NCBI GenBank assembly: GCA_977030845.1
Contig: OZ365114.1
Location: 26,412,001 to 26,476,000 of the forward strand
Origin: Fimbriosthenelais zetlandica
Taxonomy: Eukaryota
Reading direction: 5' to 3'
DNA length: 64,000 bases
The translations under genes were made by a program, and so were the position numbers. The notes under the pieces are model-generated. The model made no database searches. It was not told the DNA's origin and saw nothing but the letters and a program-made list of their open reading frames with translations. Of the stretch, positions 40,401 through 53,736 are shown piece after piece. Numbering within the stretch: the stretch's first letter is position 1; every line of letters begins with the position of its first letter.

Positions 40401-42379
40401 TCTGCCGACAGGAGGCGTGGCCTTTGTGAGCAGGGAAGACACCACTTTGGGGGATATACCTAACGCAATAGAGCCCTAATCTCTAACGGATCGGCAAGAA
40501 ACGATCACATATGCACATGGGTGCTTTACTTCCCACAGGCTAGTAAGGAGATGGGAGGAGGTGGGGCTGAGGAGGGAGGAGAGGGGATGGGAGGGACTGG
40601 GAGTCCTTGTGATTTGGATCAACATGGGACTGCCATCTCCACTTGGGGTCTTGCCATCTCCTTTATTCTCACATTTCTTTTCATCCATCTTACACTTATC
40701 ATTTTTTCCTTTTTTGTTTTTCCCAGACAACTCATCTACAAGTTTGATAGACATTTGTCTCGCGATACCTATAGGATGCAACCTTTTCGTTTGTGACCAT
40801 ATTATGATTAATAATAAACCTCGCAGAGTCAAGATGGATTCATTCTGGATTGTTTTTTTCTCAGTGTTTTGTTTTGTGGGATTGTCTCAATCAACAACAA
40901 ACTGATATTAAATTTCTTTCGAGCAATTCGTTTCTTTCACAGTTCTCTTAGTGCAATAGGAGTTTTGCTGTAAAAGGCCACAAACAACGAACAGGCATAT
41001 TGGGTAATTAATATCGTCTGTTTTACTCAGTTACAGTAACCTAGTTCCGTCTATAATCTCTGTGTATCTGGAAGGAGCTTTGGAATAATTCGAGCCTTCG
41101 TTGTTTTTACATTAAGTCCAGGATCGCATGCGCCTGCTCAAGTGGACATATGCCTTGTTTGACATTGCCCCATTTGATGGGCAGCCCGCCTAATCAATTT
41201 CTATTTACCCCCGGATATGAAGGCCCTTGTCGGGGCCTGGTAAGGGCATCTGGATGACTGGATGTGGCCCTTAGAAGGTCCTCAAAAGGGACCAAACCTT
41301 GGACAAGCTGACCCTTTGTCCAGGCTCCCAGCACGAGGGCTACAGATGCTACAGTCTGCCTACAAATATGGGAACATGGGTTGAGAATCGGAGGGTAGAT
41401 ATTGCTGCCCATGCATACAGCAGACGGATAATGTTATTGTGTTGATATTTACACTGATCAATGGATAAAGTGCTACGACATTCACTTATTTAGACATCTA
41501 TTTCAGTGGCAATATTTTTCAGCAGATTTCGCCAATTCAGATAAAGCTACATAAATGAGCATTTCATGATGGACAAGAACTGAGATTTGTGGTTTAATCT
41601 GTAAGAGTCTACAATCAGGATCTCTGATTCTATATCCGGTCTGTGGTGGACATAAAAGAACAGAAAGCAAACAGCAGAAGAAACCAGAGTCCGAAAAGCC
41701 TATGCACCAAGCAGTCAATGACCAAATTCCAGAATTAAACTGCCCCAGAGGGGTTCCAAGCACCAAGGTAGATAGTAAAGCGCAGGGTGGCAGAAGGAAT
41801 GCTGAAGCGCGGAAATAGTCTGAGTTATGAGCCCACAGACGGGGCCCGCCATTTTGTTGGTGCTATTAATCACACTGCCGACGCCTCGGGGATCGCCGAC
41901 GCCATTTCACCTGTCGATATCGCCGTAATTTTAGTCGCGAGAAGACATCAAGTCCTTTTGGTTCTTTTCTTGGCTCAGTTTATCGAGGCAGATGATAGCG
42001 TTTCATAAATATGCACTTAGGCTTAGGACCCTGGTAACAAAGACATGTGCGTGACTATAATTGGTTTATCAGGGGAGGCTGAAAGGGTTTTACTACCTCG
42101 GGCAAGATGAGGGGGGAGGAGGATGGTGGAAAGAAGAAATCAGTGGTGAATGGGACATTTCTTCATATGGCTTCGTCTGTTTGCCATCCACTACTGCATG
42201 AAGCCATCAAATGGCTCGCAGTTGAAAGTGGCTGCGTTAAATTCAAAGTGTTTCTTCACAGTAACAATAGTCTTAAGCATGTCAGCAGGCATCTGAATCT
42301 TCCTTTGTTCGGATTATGTACGTATTTCAATACAAAAAGTCCATACATCTGCCTTTCATTATTAAATTTGTTAAAAGGG

Positions 42380-43000
42380 ATTACCTTCACAAGATACGGG
42401 TATACTTAATAACAGAATTTGATCAGATTTCCGTATTCAAAGATTTTCTTAGCAATGCACATGTGAAGTAACATAAATCATCAAAAATATGATTTAAAGC
42501 GAGATGAAAACATTGCTTGAAAGGCCTTCACAGCCTCTTTTAAAAAAATCATCCTCAAGGGTAAAAGAAGACTTGAGAGGACTGGCGGGTGTTTGCTATG
42601 TTTGGCCCGGCCTTGACCTGGCTACATGGAGTGCGTGATGGAGTGCTATGTTATAGCGTTGAGTGTAGATTTCCATGTTACATGAAACATGACAGCTTGT
42701 CATGCTAGCAGACTGTCATGCACATCCGCTGTAGCCAAGATGACACATTGACACATACCCACATTATCATGCTTCACTGAGGCAATGCTTGCTCCATCCA
42801 AGATCTCTACAGAAACACCCACATATTCATCAGAACCTCTTGAGTGTCTTTGATTTACAAGTGTTTTCTGAAATACATCCAACTACTTCTGCGTAATGTA
42901 AATCTTAAAACTGTTACAGCAATATCAGCTGCAGCATCAGCGATATCTTAATTACCTTAACCATTTGATAAGCCAGAAGGAGATGGACTAAAAACATCCT
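42380..43000 (-). mobile_element. Decayed Academ(X)-like remnant (PIN/XPG-like region)
   Basis: PSPSGLSNG (PPSLSxxG), VEILDGASI (ORF 42700-42882; ILDGAAIV), MEIYTQ (WDVY), FTLEDDFFKE (FLRxDDNKxE), E-SDQILL (EEADTRIIL). Confidence 0.55.
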
Positions 43001-43559
43001 GTAAGAAAAGTTCACTCAGTGCAGTAAATTCCACCATTAAAAAGCTTCAGGACAGATTACCAGAGGGGATTTATTGAAGATGTAAAAACACTTGAAAAGG
43101 TGGTTAAAGAAATAAAATGCCTTTCCTTCCCCAAAGCTACAAATACCACACGCATGCATAAGAATAGAAAATGAATATCATGTTTATATGAAATCTGACT
43201 AGCTTTTTCAGGGCCTTTAGGTCACATTAGCTTCCAAATTCTATGTCCTTTCTATTCCCCTCTCTCAATTCCTCAGTGTCCGGAGAATTGACACAGATTT
43301 TGGTTCATTGGCTATTAAGATGTTCGCTGTCCGTGGAAGTTTTGGGTCTTTTAGGAGAAACGTGTGTGGGCTTCTTTACCGGGATCCTAGCCTCTCCCTT
43401 TGATCAGCTACTTATTGACCCGGTAACCCATAGACAGAGCACAGGTGGGGGTGAGTGAGGATGGGGGTGTATTGGCATACACTTGATTATTCCGCCCTAA
43501 ATTACCCGGGTTGTGGAACCCAAATTAAATGTTCCTATTGAAAAACAGCCCCGGGATAT

Positions 43560-43900
43560 ATGGTCAAGGGTTGAAAGGTTGCACCCCAGAAACGTGGGTT
43601 AAGTATGGTTAGGGTGCCTAATGCTTAGCTGGCTAATTCCGTGAGAGCACATAACTCATGGCTAACCTACATTCTGCACGTGCAGTCGACGGGAGTGGGT
43701 ATTCAGCGATGACCAGCTTTCATTTGCAAGCTCCTGCTGCTACTGGGCCCTCTTTTCTCACAGGGGTTTAGGGGGTTGGAGGCCTAATCCCCCTGGGCTT
43801 ACAGAGTATCAATCTCTGCCCAGATTGACAGAGAAGACTCTGGGATGGATGCATGACAACAACAGTTTTCAGTGGGAGGCCTTTGCAAAAACCCTTCATT
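43560..43900 (+). mobile_element. Possible LINE endonuclease fragment
   Basis: ETWVK 43589-43603, RAVDGSG (RxDRxxGGGV-like), DNNSFQW (GDFNxxxIxW-like). Weak. Confidence 0.3.
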
Positions 43901-45118
43901 TTTGCACCTTATGGTGTTTCTTCGTCGGAAGTCTATTGGTTATTTCCCACCTCCATTTCTCCCATCATTTCTCCATTCTTCCCTTCACCTATTTTCTTTA
44001 AACCCCACCCATTTCCTCAAAGAAATCGGAGGAGGATATATGCTGCCCCCCATTCGTGCCTCTCACCCACTATTGACTGCCCCTGGCGGCGAGGCGACAT
44101 GAACCTGTTTAGGTGGGGGCACAACAGAAGGGACCAATCCCTATACGGCTTTGATAACCAGAAGCCCTTCTCCCGTGATCCCTCCTATCATTTATGATCA
44201 AAAGATGCTTCCAGATAGGAGCAGAAGAAAGGGGAAATGTTGGCCAATCGGCGAAGACATAAGCCCTGAACCTTTATCCTGCGTTCAGTCATGCTAGAAG
44301 AAGCGGAGAGTAAGTATTCTATGAGGGTAAATGAAGTGTTCATGGCTCACGTCTGAACCCCTCTGTCTTAGCTTTACGTATTGAACCCCTCAGAGACTTA
44401 TTGTTTTTCCACGGGAGAAGGGACCTCCATTTAGGTGGCATCTGACTCTATGATGTTAAGCAGTCAGGAGGCAGTAAGATAGCTGCTGTTTCGTCAATGA
44501 CTTTTGACACCGTTTTGAGTGCCTCAGAGCAGAGTCTTTCTGCTCAGAGCTAAGTATTTTTTATCAGAACAAAATAATCTAGGGATAGGTTCATGGAATA
44601 TGGGTCAGTATCTTCACTAAATCTTATAAGTTTAATAAAATGTATATCCATTAGCATCTATAAGTTGATATTGCAAAGTTTCAATATAGATCCATTATTT
44701 TATTAAACAAGGCGATGAATGATCACGTCTAATTTAATCAGTTGAATAGACGCGGGTGAATAGATGAATATTGTAATAATCCTATTTGCGAATCAAGGAG
44801 GAAATCTATGGATGTCATCTCGAAATGTTACCAGGAGTTTTATAGGAGTTCGCGGATATGTTTACTAATAAAACAGAGTAACATAACGGACTTGATCTCT
44901 TTCACAAGAAGGTGAGTGTAACTGCTCACTCCACCCCATCACTTCTTCCCTTTGCAACTTTTTTAGCCAGGCAGTAAGTTGCAGTAATTGGACTGCCGGG
45001 CCAGCTCCAGCCCCACTGACCTAAGCCATATCAATTTAGTAGAAACTTGATATTTGTCACCGTCCAGGCGACAGAGGCTGATAAGATAGCACTAATCCAG
45101 ATTATTATCTCCTCCCGA

Positions 45119-45260
45119 CCGCCACCCAGTGGCAGCACCGATACTTGCCAGGTCAGCAAGGTGAAGCTATGACGTCATGGGAGGCGTTGAGCGCCCCTGG
45201 TGTTAGGCTCAGATATCAGACGTTATGGGGTCACTTGGGGGGGGGGGGGGGGGGGAGGAG
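45119..45260. promoter_or_regulatory. CpG-rich segment with two CTCF-like motifs and a CRE, ending in G19
   Basis: CCGCCACCCAGTGGCAGCA 45119-45137; TGACGTCA 45171-45178; AGCGCCCCTGGTG 45190-45202; G19 45237-45255. Confidence 0.3.
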
Positions 45261-46559
45261 GAGGAGGTTCCGTTTCCGCTGGTGTAACCATTGATATTGA
45301 TCTAATATGGATCGGGCAAGGTTGGCCAGCTTGAACCCCAGCAGCAGGGAGTAGGGTCATTGATTGTTATTGGTTGTTAAATGTGTGACAGTATTGGTAA
45401 GTCATGCTTCAAATACACTCTGCCAAGTCCCCATCGACTCCCCTCCGCTTTTCCCCACATTCCCGCAACCATTTATTCCCATCCCGCACAATAAGGATTA
45501 ATTAGCGTATTTAATTAACTTCGATTCCGATTGTGAAAAGACGTGGGATTACAATCGATTGGAATTGGTGAGGGTTGGACCAGCCGTCAAAATTTTGAAA
45601 GGCAATGGCTAAAAATAAACTCATTAACCTCAGAAGATGAACGGGTTTGAGTGGAGAACCAGGGGTCCTACTGGACCCCATTTTTTACCCTTGGCAAGAG
45701 ATTATTTTGGGAAGCGTTTTGAGACAACTGCTTAAGCGGCGTTGATTGGAAAGAGAAACTCGATACGTCCATGTCATGCCATGAAATACCAGATGGACCC
45801 GATTTGAATTGCCTTACTGAAATCTGATTTTCATGTTTTAGGTTGCGTGACCTTTTGAAGGCTCAATTTCATTTGTGTCTTTTCTCACCTCAGTTGTTAA
45901 GGAAAAAGGAGTTGATTAGTTCTGGAAATGCCCGCCTGGTGGTTACTTTAAGCTTGAAACCAACAGATTTGCTCGACAGAGAGAGGCAGTTAGCCTCAAG
46001 GCCAATTAAAGTCTCGAAAAATTATTGCTTTCCATAGCTGCGATTCGATTTTGCACCAAAACATTGACTTTTATCAGCAAAGATTCGTCTTTATGGCTTC
46101 TTGGTGGCGTGTTGAAATGAGTAGGCTATATTATATAGATGTAAGGCCTACTTCTAAAGGGAATCACTCAAGCTAAGGCTTATGGAGTTGCTCATTTATG
46201 AATATATTATGTGTGTACAGTGAAGTTATTTTAAAAAGTGGGACATGGTAGTCCCGATGTAGAACTTAATTTCATTCTATCGATCCTCACAAGGATGCCC
46301 GACCAAGCCTGAATTTTGACGTTCCCATTTTTAATCCGACAAAAATACATTTTAACAGAGACATGACTTTTAAAATTTCATTAACTATTTTACATTCAAT
46401 CTTCGCAACAGCCGTGACATTATCTATTTGTTTCCTGAGAATGACTCAATATTTCTGAAGCTTTAGTAAAGGGACTTACCAAATGGATCAGAGTTAGTCT
46501 CAGAGAGGGGTTCCCGGTTTACAGCATTGATCCTCTTTTCGCTGCCAGGGTAGCGCATG

Positions 46560-47256
46560 AATGGGTGCTACATTAAATACGCAGTACAAATATCCATTGT
46601 CGCTATGACATGTCATTTTTTTACGGGGCTATATATATATATATAGGGACCCAGCTCATTTAGGAATTATCACAATAGTGCTGTGTCCGCATCAAGTAGG
46701 ATTTCGTATCATTTGGTTAGAACACATTTTCTGCAGTTTCAGAGGCCTACATCTGACTAATCTGTTTTCCAATTAGCAAATAGTCAATCATATGCGATAT
46801 GGAAGGTTCTCCTAAAGTTTAGCCTCTACTTTACAGGTATTGATGCAATTGAGCAATGACTGAAGCAAAACAATAAAATGCCCCGTTTGAGAATTTATAA
46901 CTGTACATTAAAAATCAAAATCAAACTAACATTTTCATAAATGTTTCAAAAGGAATATTTACAACGCCAAGTCTATGGCTAATATTCGTTTTGAAACAGG
47001 CTCCAGTTCTACCTAGTGCGTACATAACACAACATTTCCAGTAATTCACCACTTCTTTATTTCTCCTAACCAATGTGACACCAAAAACACAATCAAAACG
47101 CTGACCCATTTCAGAGGATCCGATCCAGCCCGTGTCATCTTTGAGGAGATGACCAATTGGGAGTATTTCTGACGTTGGAAATGACAATGTCTGTCTCCTA
47201 ACTGAGATATTAATAAGGACGTCCTCTAGAGGACAGGACCTCAATTTCCCCACCAT
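46560..47256 (-). mobile_element. Possible MULE/FLYWCH transposase remnant
   Basis: RRNKEVVNYWKC (ORF 46921-47256; FLYWCH-like YWxC), downstream VFNVAP (TFKVAP-like). Weak. Confidence 0.3.
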
Positions 47257-50200
47257 GTCATTATCTAATTACGGAGCCTCAATTCATGATACCAACTGAC
47301 AATGGGTACTTGAGGCCTCTTCATACTAGAAAATTGTTCTGGATAAAACGGCTAACAAAGATGTCTTGACCAGAGATTTGTATAATTTACACTTACACTT
47401 TCAAATAAAATGGCAGTCAAACATCCTTTTGAGTTAGGGCGTACATGACTTATCTCTGTTTTCTGCATTCATTTGTGTTTTTTTCAATTGGACTTGATTG
47501 CATGTTCGGACCCAGTGTTAACCGAGCACCAAAAGCACATAAATTGGGATGGATATTAAAGTAAGGCCACTAGTTCGTAATAACTTTTTCATTTACTCTC
47601 TGAAGTGGTTGTCAAATTGTGATATTGAAAGCGGGAAAGTAAATTCAGGCCACTAGTTTGTGGATTAGAAAAATTGCTATCCTGTATTAATGTGATGTGG
47701 GATTATCTTCCTAATTGTCATAGACCATAGCTCATCTCTCAGTGATAGATATCTCAGGGTATATCAGGGGCAGAGAGTTTCATTAAAAAATCAAACAATA
47801 AAAGTAAGTCTTTGAGACAATTTCACAAATCCAATGCCCCAAATAGTATATTACACAAATCCAGTATAATTATAGAATCACTTAAGGTCCTTCGGCAATA
47901 TGTATCCCTGGAAGTGCTTCACTGTTATCTTTGGATTTAGGTTGGCACCCCATAGTAACAACAGGTGGTGTCTATATTAAGAGTCCCCTATATTATTACC
48001 TGCATAATAACGTAGCAATCCACCCTCGCCACCCCCATACAGTCCCCTGCTATAACTGGTGAATAAATAAAAACACCTCGCAGTGTTAGAGAGGGAGGAG
48101 GGAGATACCACTCCTGGTATGCATTTTTTATTCCCTTTTTTATGGCTTGTCATCCGAGGACTTGGATAAATTACACGCTGGATGTGTGGTCGCTAGAAAG
48201 ATGTTTCTATTCATCACAAACCTCCCTCACCACCACAGCGTCTCCACAAACATGTATTCATTTTTTTCTCAGAAGTTTTTTTTCTATAATAAGAATCCCT
48301 CACTCAGTAAAATACACTGCTGGCTACAAACAAACCTAGGTGCAATTCATGGGCTAGCAACTGTCCAGGTATAAAACATAATTCGGGTACTCGGATATCA
48401 ACATCGGTTACACCAAAAAAATGCATTTACATGCAAAATAATTATGTAATTATGTAGTATAGCCAAGCAACTCTTATCTGAATAATTGTGAGACAGGGAT
48501 AGACAGAAATCTGATGCCTGAACCGTCACAGTTTGAGTAGACGTAGCCAGGGAATGTTCCTATGCAAGAACATTGATGTTTGAGTGATGATATCTGGTAC
48601 CTTCAGAACCGATGAAAGCCATCAGTCCTGTCCGTCTTACTATATATCAGTCCTGTCTGTCTTAATATCCATCATCAGTTAGCCAGTATAGGCAGCATTA
48701 TCCTGTAGACAGACACCCTGACACCCTGATAGACATGTCTGGTCTACACCCACTCATTTAAACTTCAAACTCACAAGACAAAATCTCATATCCGGAAAGT
48801 CACTTCAATGAACTGTCACGTGAGAGGATGCAAGATACAGGACCGTCCTGTGATTCTACAGGGGGTCCTGTATTTCATGTCCTAAACCTTTTTTACAGAA
48901 CTGAATAATTTGAACCCATACAGTCCTGTAAATTGTGTAATTCATATTTGCAGTGTGCAACCACTATCCGCCTAATCACTCTTATACTGTCTTTGCAAAT
49001 TACAGAGAATTCCAAGGCCATAACATGGGTAAAGTATTGTGAACGACACTAATTAAAACTGTCAAATGGTTCAATAATGAAAAGGAACAGATTTAATTAA
49101 AGGACAACTTATTGTATATAGGTTGCCTGTTGCATATGTCAGCCTATTTTCTCGTTAGGTAAGCAGAATGATTTTTTTTCTGGTATAAAATTGGTTAAGT
49201 AGAAATCTCTCGGTCATCTGTTTGGAATTTGGAATTCATCTATATTGCTATAAACAATAGCGGTGAAGCTTCATATACATGTATATTATGAAACAAGATA
49301 TTTTATAAACACATTTACTTTAGGCAATATAAAGAGGTTGCTCTTCAGGGGTTCTGTATATATGTGTGGGTGGCAGACCACCATGTGCAGTACTGAGAAG
49401 ATTTAAGATTGTTAATTCCTGTAAGCCTTATATACGACCATACTTGATTAATCCACCCTCTGCACCTTCCCTTCCAACCTATCTCTAAACCCCAATTTTA
49501 ACCTGATATTGTCCATCTTATAACCTAACTTCTCTCCCATTTCCTACCAGAACCTTCCTCATAAGAAACCTCTGATCGGTCTCTATGTAGGTATATAAAT
49601 CAGAAGCGGTCCAGAGGTGAGAGGCGACTTCAGCAAGTATCATCTTACTGATGGACTATTGCAAATGCATAAATCACATCGCGTTTCGGAAGTTTCTAGG
49701 ACTGGGATATACTTGCAGCGGGATCAGATGATGTATTACAATGCCCCCTGGCTTATAAACCATCAGCGCATCAAGAGGTGATCCTACTTGACATTTATAT
49801 GTATGAATGTATGCTCTATACATCCGATGGTTTCAACATGTTTTATGTGCCTTATAGACATTGAAACTTGCCCATGCCATATGCAATTATGTTTAGCGAT
49901 GAAAACCTACTACAATGCAAAGACCTTAATAATTTAGATTGTATATACCGCACTCAACTGAAGCCTGCCCAAAGTCTATTCGTGTGAAAAATTAGGATTC
50001 TCTGCCAGATTAGTTTGGTTAAACTATGACTAAGTTCAGTGTCCATCTATAGCATGCCAACATTAGAACTTACACACCGACACCATGTCTCCCATTCAAC
50101 CCAGCCCCACACAATAAATGCCAAGACTTTCTGTCGGAGCATATTCCCCCTGGGACCTCTAGGCTCTTCCTGTGTGCTTCAATTATCGTCCACAATTTAT

Positions 50201-50899
50201 TGAGTTTCAGGACAGGCAGTGTGCGGATACAGCAAGTTTAAACTTGTGCTTGGCAAGGTCAGGCTGGGTCAGCTTTCTTGGCGGGCAACTGTTAGCCTAG
50301 CCAGAGTCCCCTACTGTTGCTCACTAGCCTTTCAATTAGTCTACGCAGACGTCCTGCCGACAGTTGAATGACTGCCATATCTATCAGCCAGGGCCAATAG
50401 AGCGTAAATTATGCCAATCGTGGACCGCAGTTCCCCCGGGGCTGGCCAGGCAGTGCTTGGCCTGGCCCGGTGGATGCCACATGGGAAGCCATCTGCCCAA
50501 AAGGTGTGGCTTCTCTAAAGCGGTATGCGGTCTCTGAGGCCGTGATTCGATCGCACCGAAGTCTGTCGTCCTCAGGAAATGGATGCATTCTAGCTAAACA
50601 GTAAGTAGCACTTTATAAGTGCCGCCCCCTACAGGCCTTCTGAGGATCTTATCCATATTAGAGGAGATGAAGAGGAGGAGAAGCCAAGTCAAAAGGCGTG
50701 TTTAGAGGGGCTTCCTGACTCCAACAAAACATGATGAAAACGCTCCTACTCTTAGCAATAGACACCGCCTGTCCTCAGGGGTATGTGTGAATATTCTAAA
50801 CAATCTAGCCTTCAATAAAGCTATTTTTCATCGAGCCAGTACTTCTCCGAATAGAAATGCGTCCGTAGAAAGCAATACAAATTGGTTTATCATGTAAAC

Positions 50900-52250
50900 T
50901 GTTTTTCTATTATTCTAATGGACTTCCTTTCACTTCATTCCGGGGCAGATGGTGGCATTAACTTGATTATGTCAGTGATTCAGCGTAGAGAATTGTGTTA
51001 AGGCTAACATTTATCAGCAACATGTTATACGGCATGTAAATAGACTTACCAACAACAGATGTTAATCCGACCTGGGACACGGAGAGCGGGGATAGGATGC
51101 CACATGGGGATGATCCGGGCCGGGGGGAGCCCACTGCTACCAAAGCTTGAATCCAACACTTAAACTCACATTGAAATCCTGCTAATCCGCACATCCAGTT
51201 GCTTAATCCATAGCATGTCCCTGTGAAGAAAGGAAGAGAAGAAAGTTAACTCCGACAGATCTTAGTGCTATTTCATGTCAAATCATTATCCTCCTCCACA
51301 AAATTGTGAACTTTATATATATCTGCAGCAATGGGAATAAATTCACTAAATTCCTTGTATTCAATCAAATTTACATTAAGAAAATAAAGAAAATGTATTC
51401 TACTTTATTCAAAAGTGTACCTTAGAAGTTATCATTTTATCCAGGATCCACAAACTATTTTCATGACCCACAAACGAAATAGATTTGTAAAATTATTGTA
51501 ATGCAAGGTACGTTCTTCATTCTGACACTCCTTGATTCTGACACTTTTGTAGCATCAACAAAAGGTAAAATAGTACTAGTATAGTAGTTGTTAGTATCAG
51601 GGCTATTTGGTAGTGAGTGGCTGTTGGTTTCAGGAGGAAGAGGAACATTGGGACTAGGAGACTGACTTGGCAGGCTAACTGTTGGAGGCAGACGTCTGTC
51701 TGCCTCTTTTATCGACTTCTTCAATTTTGCATGTGCTTTTCAGCGTCAATATCACGTGAATTGATGTCATTATACACTCAACCATTAACCACTTTAAAAG
51801 AACTTGTAAAAATTGTACTTTGATTGCTACTGGGGCTGTGGGTGATATACAAAAGGCGGAGCAAAGTCTGTAGAAAGGCCCTGCCCCTTGATACAAAGGC
51901 AGGAGGTAAGTCTGAATAGACCATGGCATCTGATGGGATCAGAAATGCCACACGCGCTCCTGAAATGTACAAGTAAAGTGTTCACAGTAATTTGGGTGAT
52001 TTATCGAAAGAGCCTTTGGGATTGATTTTGATTGCGGGGTTGCCCATTCACGATCCGCGTCAATTGAATCTGTTGAGATCTGAGCTGTTGGTGGACATTG
52101 GGAAATTGGGTATTCTGAGGGACACGAAGAGGTTTATGGGTTTGGAAATAGCAGATATAGATCAAGACTTAAATAAAATAGAAATGGAGTGTTTCCTCCT
52201 GAAAGAATGAACAGATTTACACTGCAGGAATCGGAATATACAATTTCAAA
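50900..52250 (-). mobile_element. Decayed LINE ORF2 (pre-RT and RT)
   Basis: NPKGSF..CEHFTCTF (NPKxFW..LNxYFxSVF), PDTNNYYTSTILPFV (ORF 51461; DPNNYRPISLLP), LIEYKEFSEFIP (FxDxxKAFDSI), SSPCGILSPL and ILYAES (ORF 50967; QGxILSPL, LYADD). Confidence 0.6.
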
Positions 52251-53736
52251 ATAAGGGTTGGCATCGGATTTCTTACAATTTGAAATCTATTTTTAAGGTC
52301 CTTACAAATGCTGACCTAGCTGCCATCTGGTATACAGACATAAGGGTGATGATCACCTTTTGGGGACATATCCCATGAGAATGACTTTTGGGTTGAGCAG
52401 GTGAATAACTGGCCCTCAGGTGGGAAGGAACGCTGGTCCCTGAGGTATCCCCTGACTAAACTGCGTCACCATGCAGCTATATACACCTGAGAATTGGTGC
52501 ACCACGGTGAATGAAGCACCTGCCCCCTGTTAACAGGTCAGAAAACAGCTGCACCAGCAAGGCCCTCAGGTCTCTTTATGGACTTGTCAGTGGTATAAAT
52601 ACACACCCTCGAGGACCTTAGAATGGATAGGAATCCATCAGGAATGACCTTAGGAAACTGCTTTTTCACGAAGAAATATTGTTCATTTTTTTCCCTTTTT
52701 TACTCGGAATATAAGAGTTTATGTATATTTCCTTTATCTTAATTTCTTTAATTTTTTTCCCACGACTTGGTCTGAATTTGTTTATATTCTAAACATTATT
52801 ACATTACATGGCACGCGTCAAAATTAGGGCAGTGTGCCACAAAATGGCCCCCATATATCATGAAATATGCAGTCGTATTTAATTGACTGCAAATGAGTTG
52901 AGCTTTGTAAAGGTAGTATAGCCTGGGCCTGGGGGTATAGAAGTACACAGAGGATGTGGTAATGTGATGGATGTGATTTCTGACACCTATATTAGTCAGC
53001 CACCTTTCATCTATACCACACAGGTGTAATGAGGCAGACTGGACTACTGGCCCACACAGCCGCTACACAACAACATATCTAAATATTACATACATCATTC
53101 CTATACCCTACACACTCCACTATTTATCATCTTAGTCAACACATATTTTAGGGATTTTATTCCCAGGGATTAAATATACCCTGCAAATTGGGAAATCGAC
53201 CATTATATTAATATATAATACCAATTACCCTGGGTACTTTTAGTCTTTTTCAGATGCTTTTGGCCTAAAACTGTACCATTTGACAGGCAATTTCAGGTCG
53301 GAAAATATACATAATGTTAAGATATGGGGCCTTCAGTTGATACCCTTTTAATATGTCATAGGAGTTTGACCAAAATTTGTCAGAAAAATGACATTTAGTT
53401 AAGCTGTAAGGCAATGTGAATGAAAGGTCGGCCATGTGAACATTGATGTGGACCTACATTAGTTCACTCCGTTATTGAGTCTGTGGTAAGGTTTATGTCA
53501 TGTTGATCTATCAATCATTGTCATTGATTGACAGGTAGGACTGTTGAGGCGGGGCTTGCATCTCAATGTAAGGTAGACGGTGATTTATCCCTCATTAGTC
53601 AGTGATTTATCATGATGTATGGTGATAAGTTCCCCACCTGACTCCTCAACCTCTCTATACTGAGCTCTGTCAGACCTACAGCATGCCCAACCTTACTTTA
53701 CCCTAACACACCATAATCCATCTACTCATTCATTTA

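Noticed and set aside
41500-42000. Possible DIRS/Ngaro or LINE RT remnant on the minus strand
   Set aside because: Motif matches are too weak and inconsistent in spacing.
1127-45255. Homopolymers C16 (1127-1142), C22 (39528-39549), G19 (45237-45255)
   Set aside because: Simple runs with no associated structure beyond generic G-quadruplex potential.
49600-49800. GDFS motif as an APE endonuclease
   Set aside because: A single motif without supporting neighbours.
25855-52620. CCTCAGG/CCTGAGG motif clusters at ~25855-25975 and ~52410-52620
   Set aside because: Only 7-10-bp motifs with no extended alignment; probably unrelated decayed subterminal repeats.
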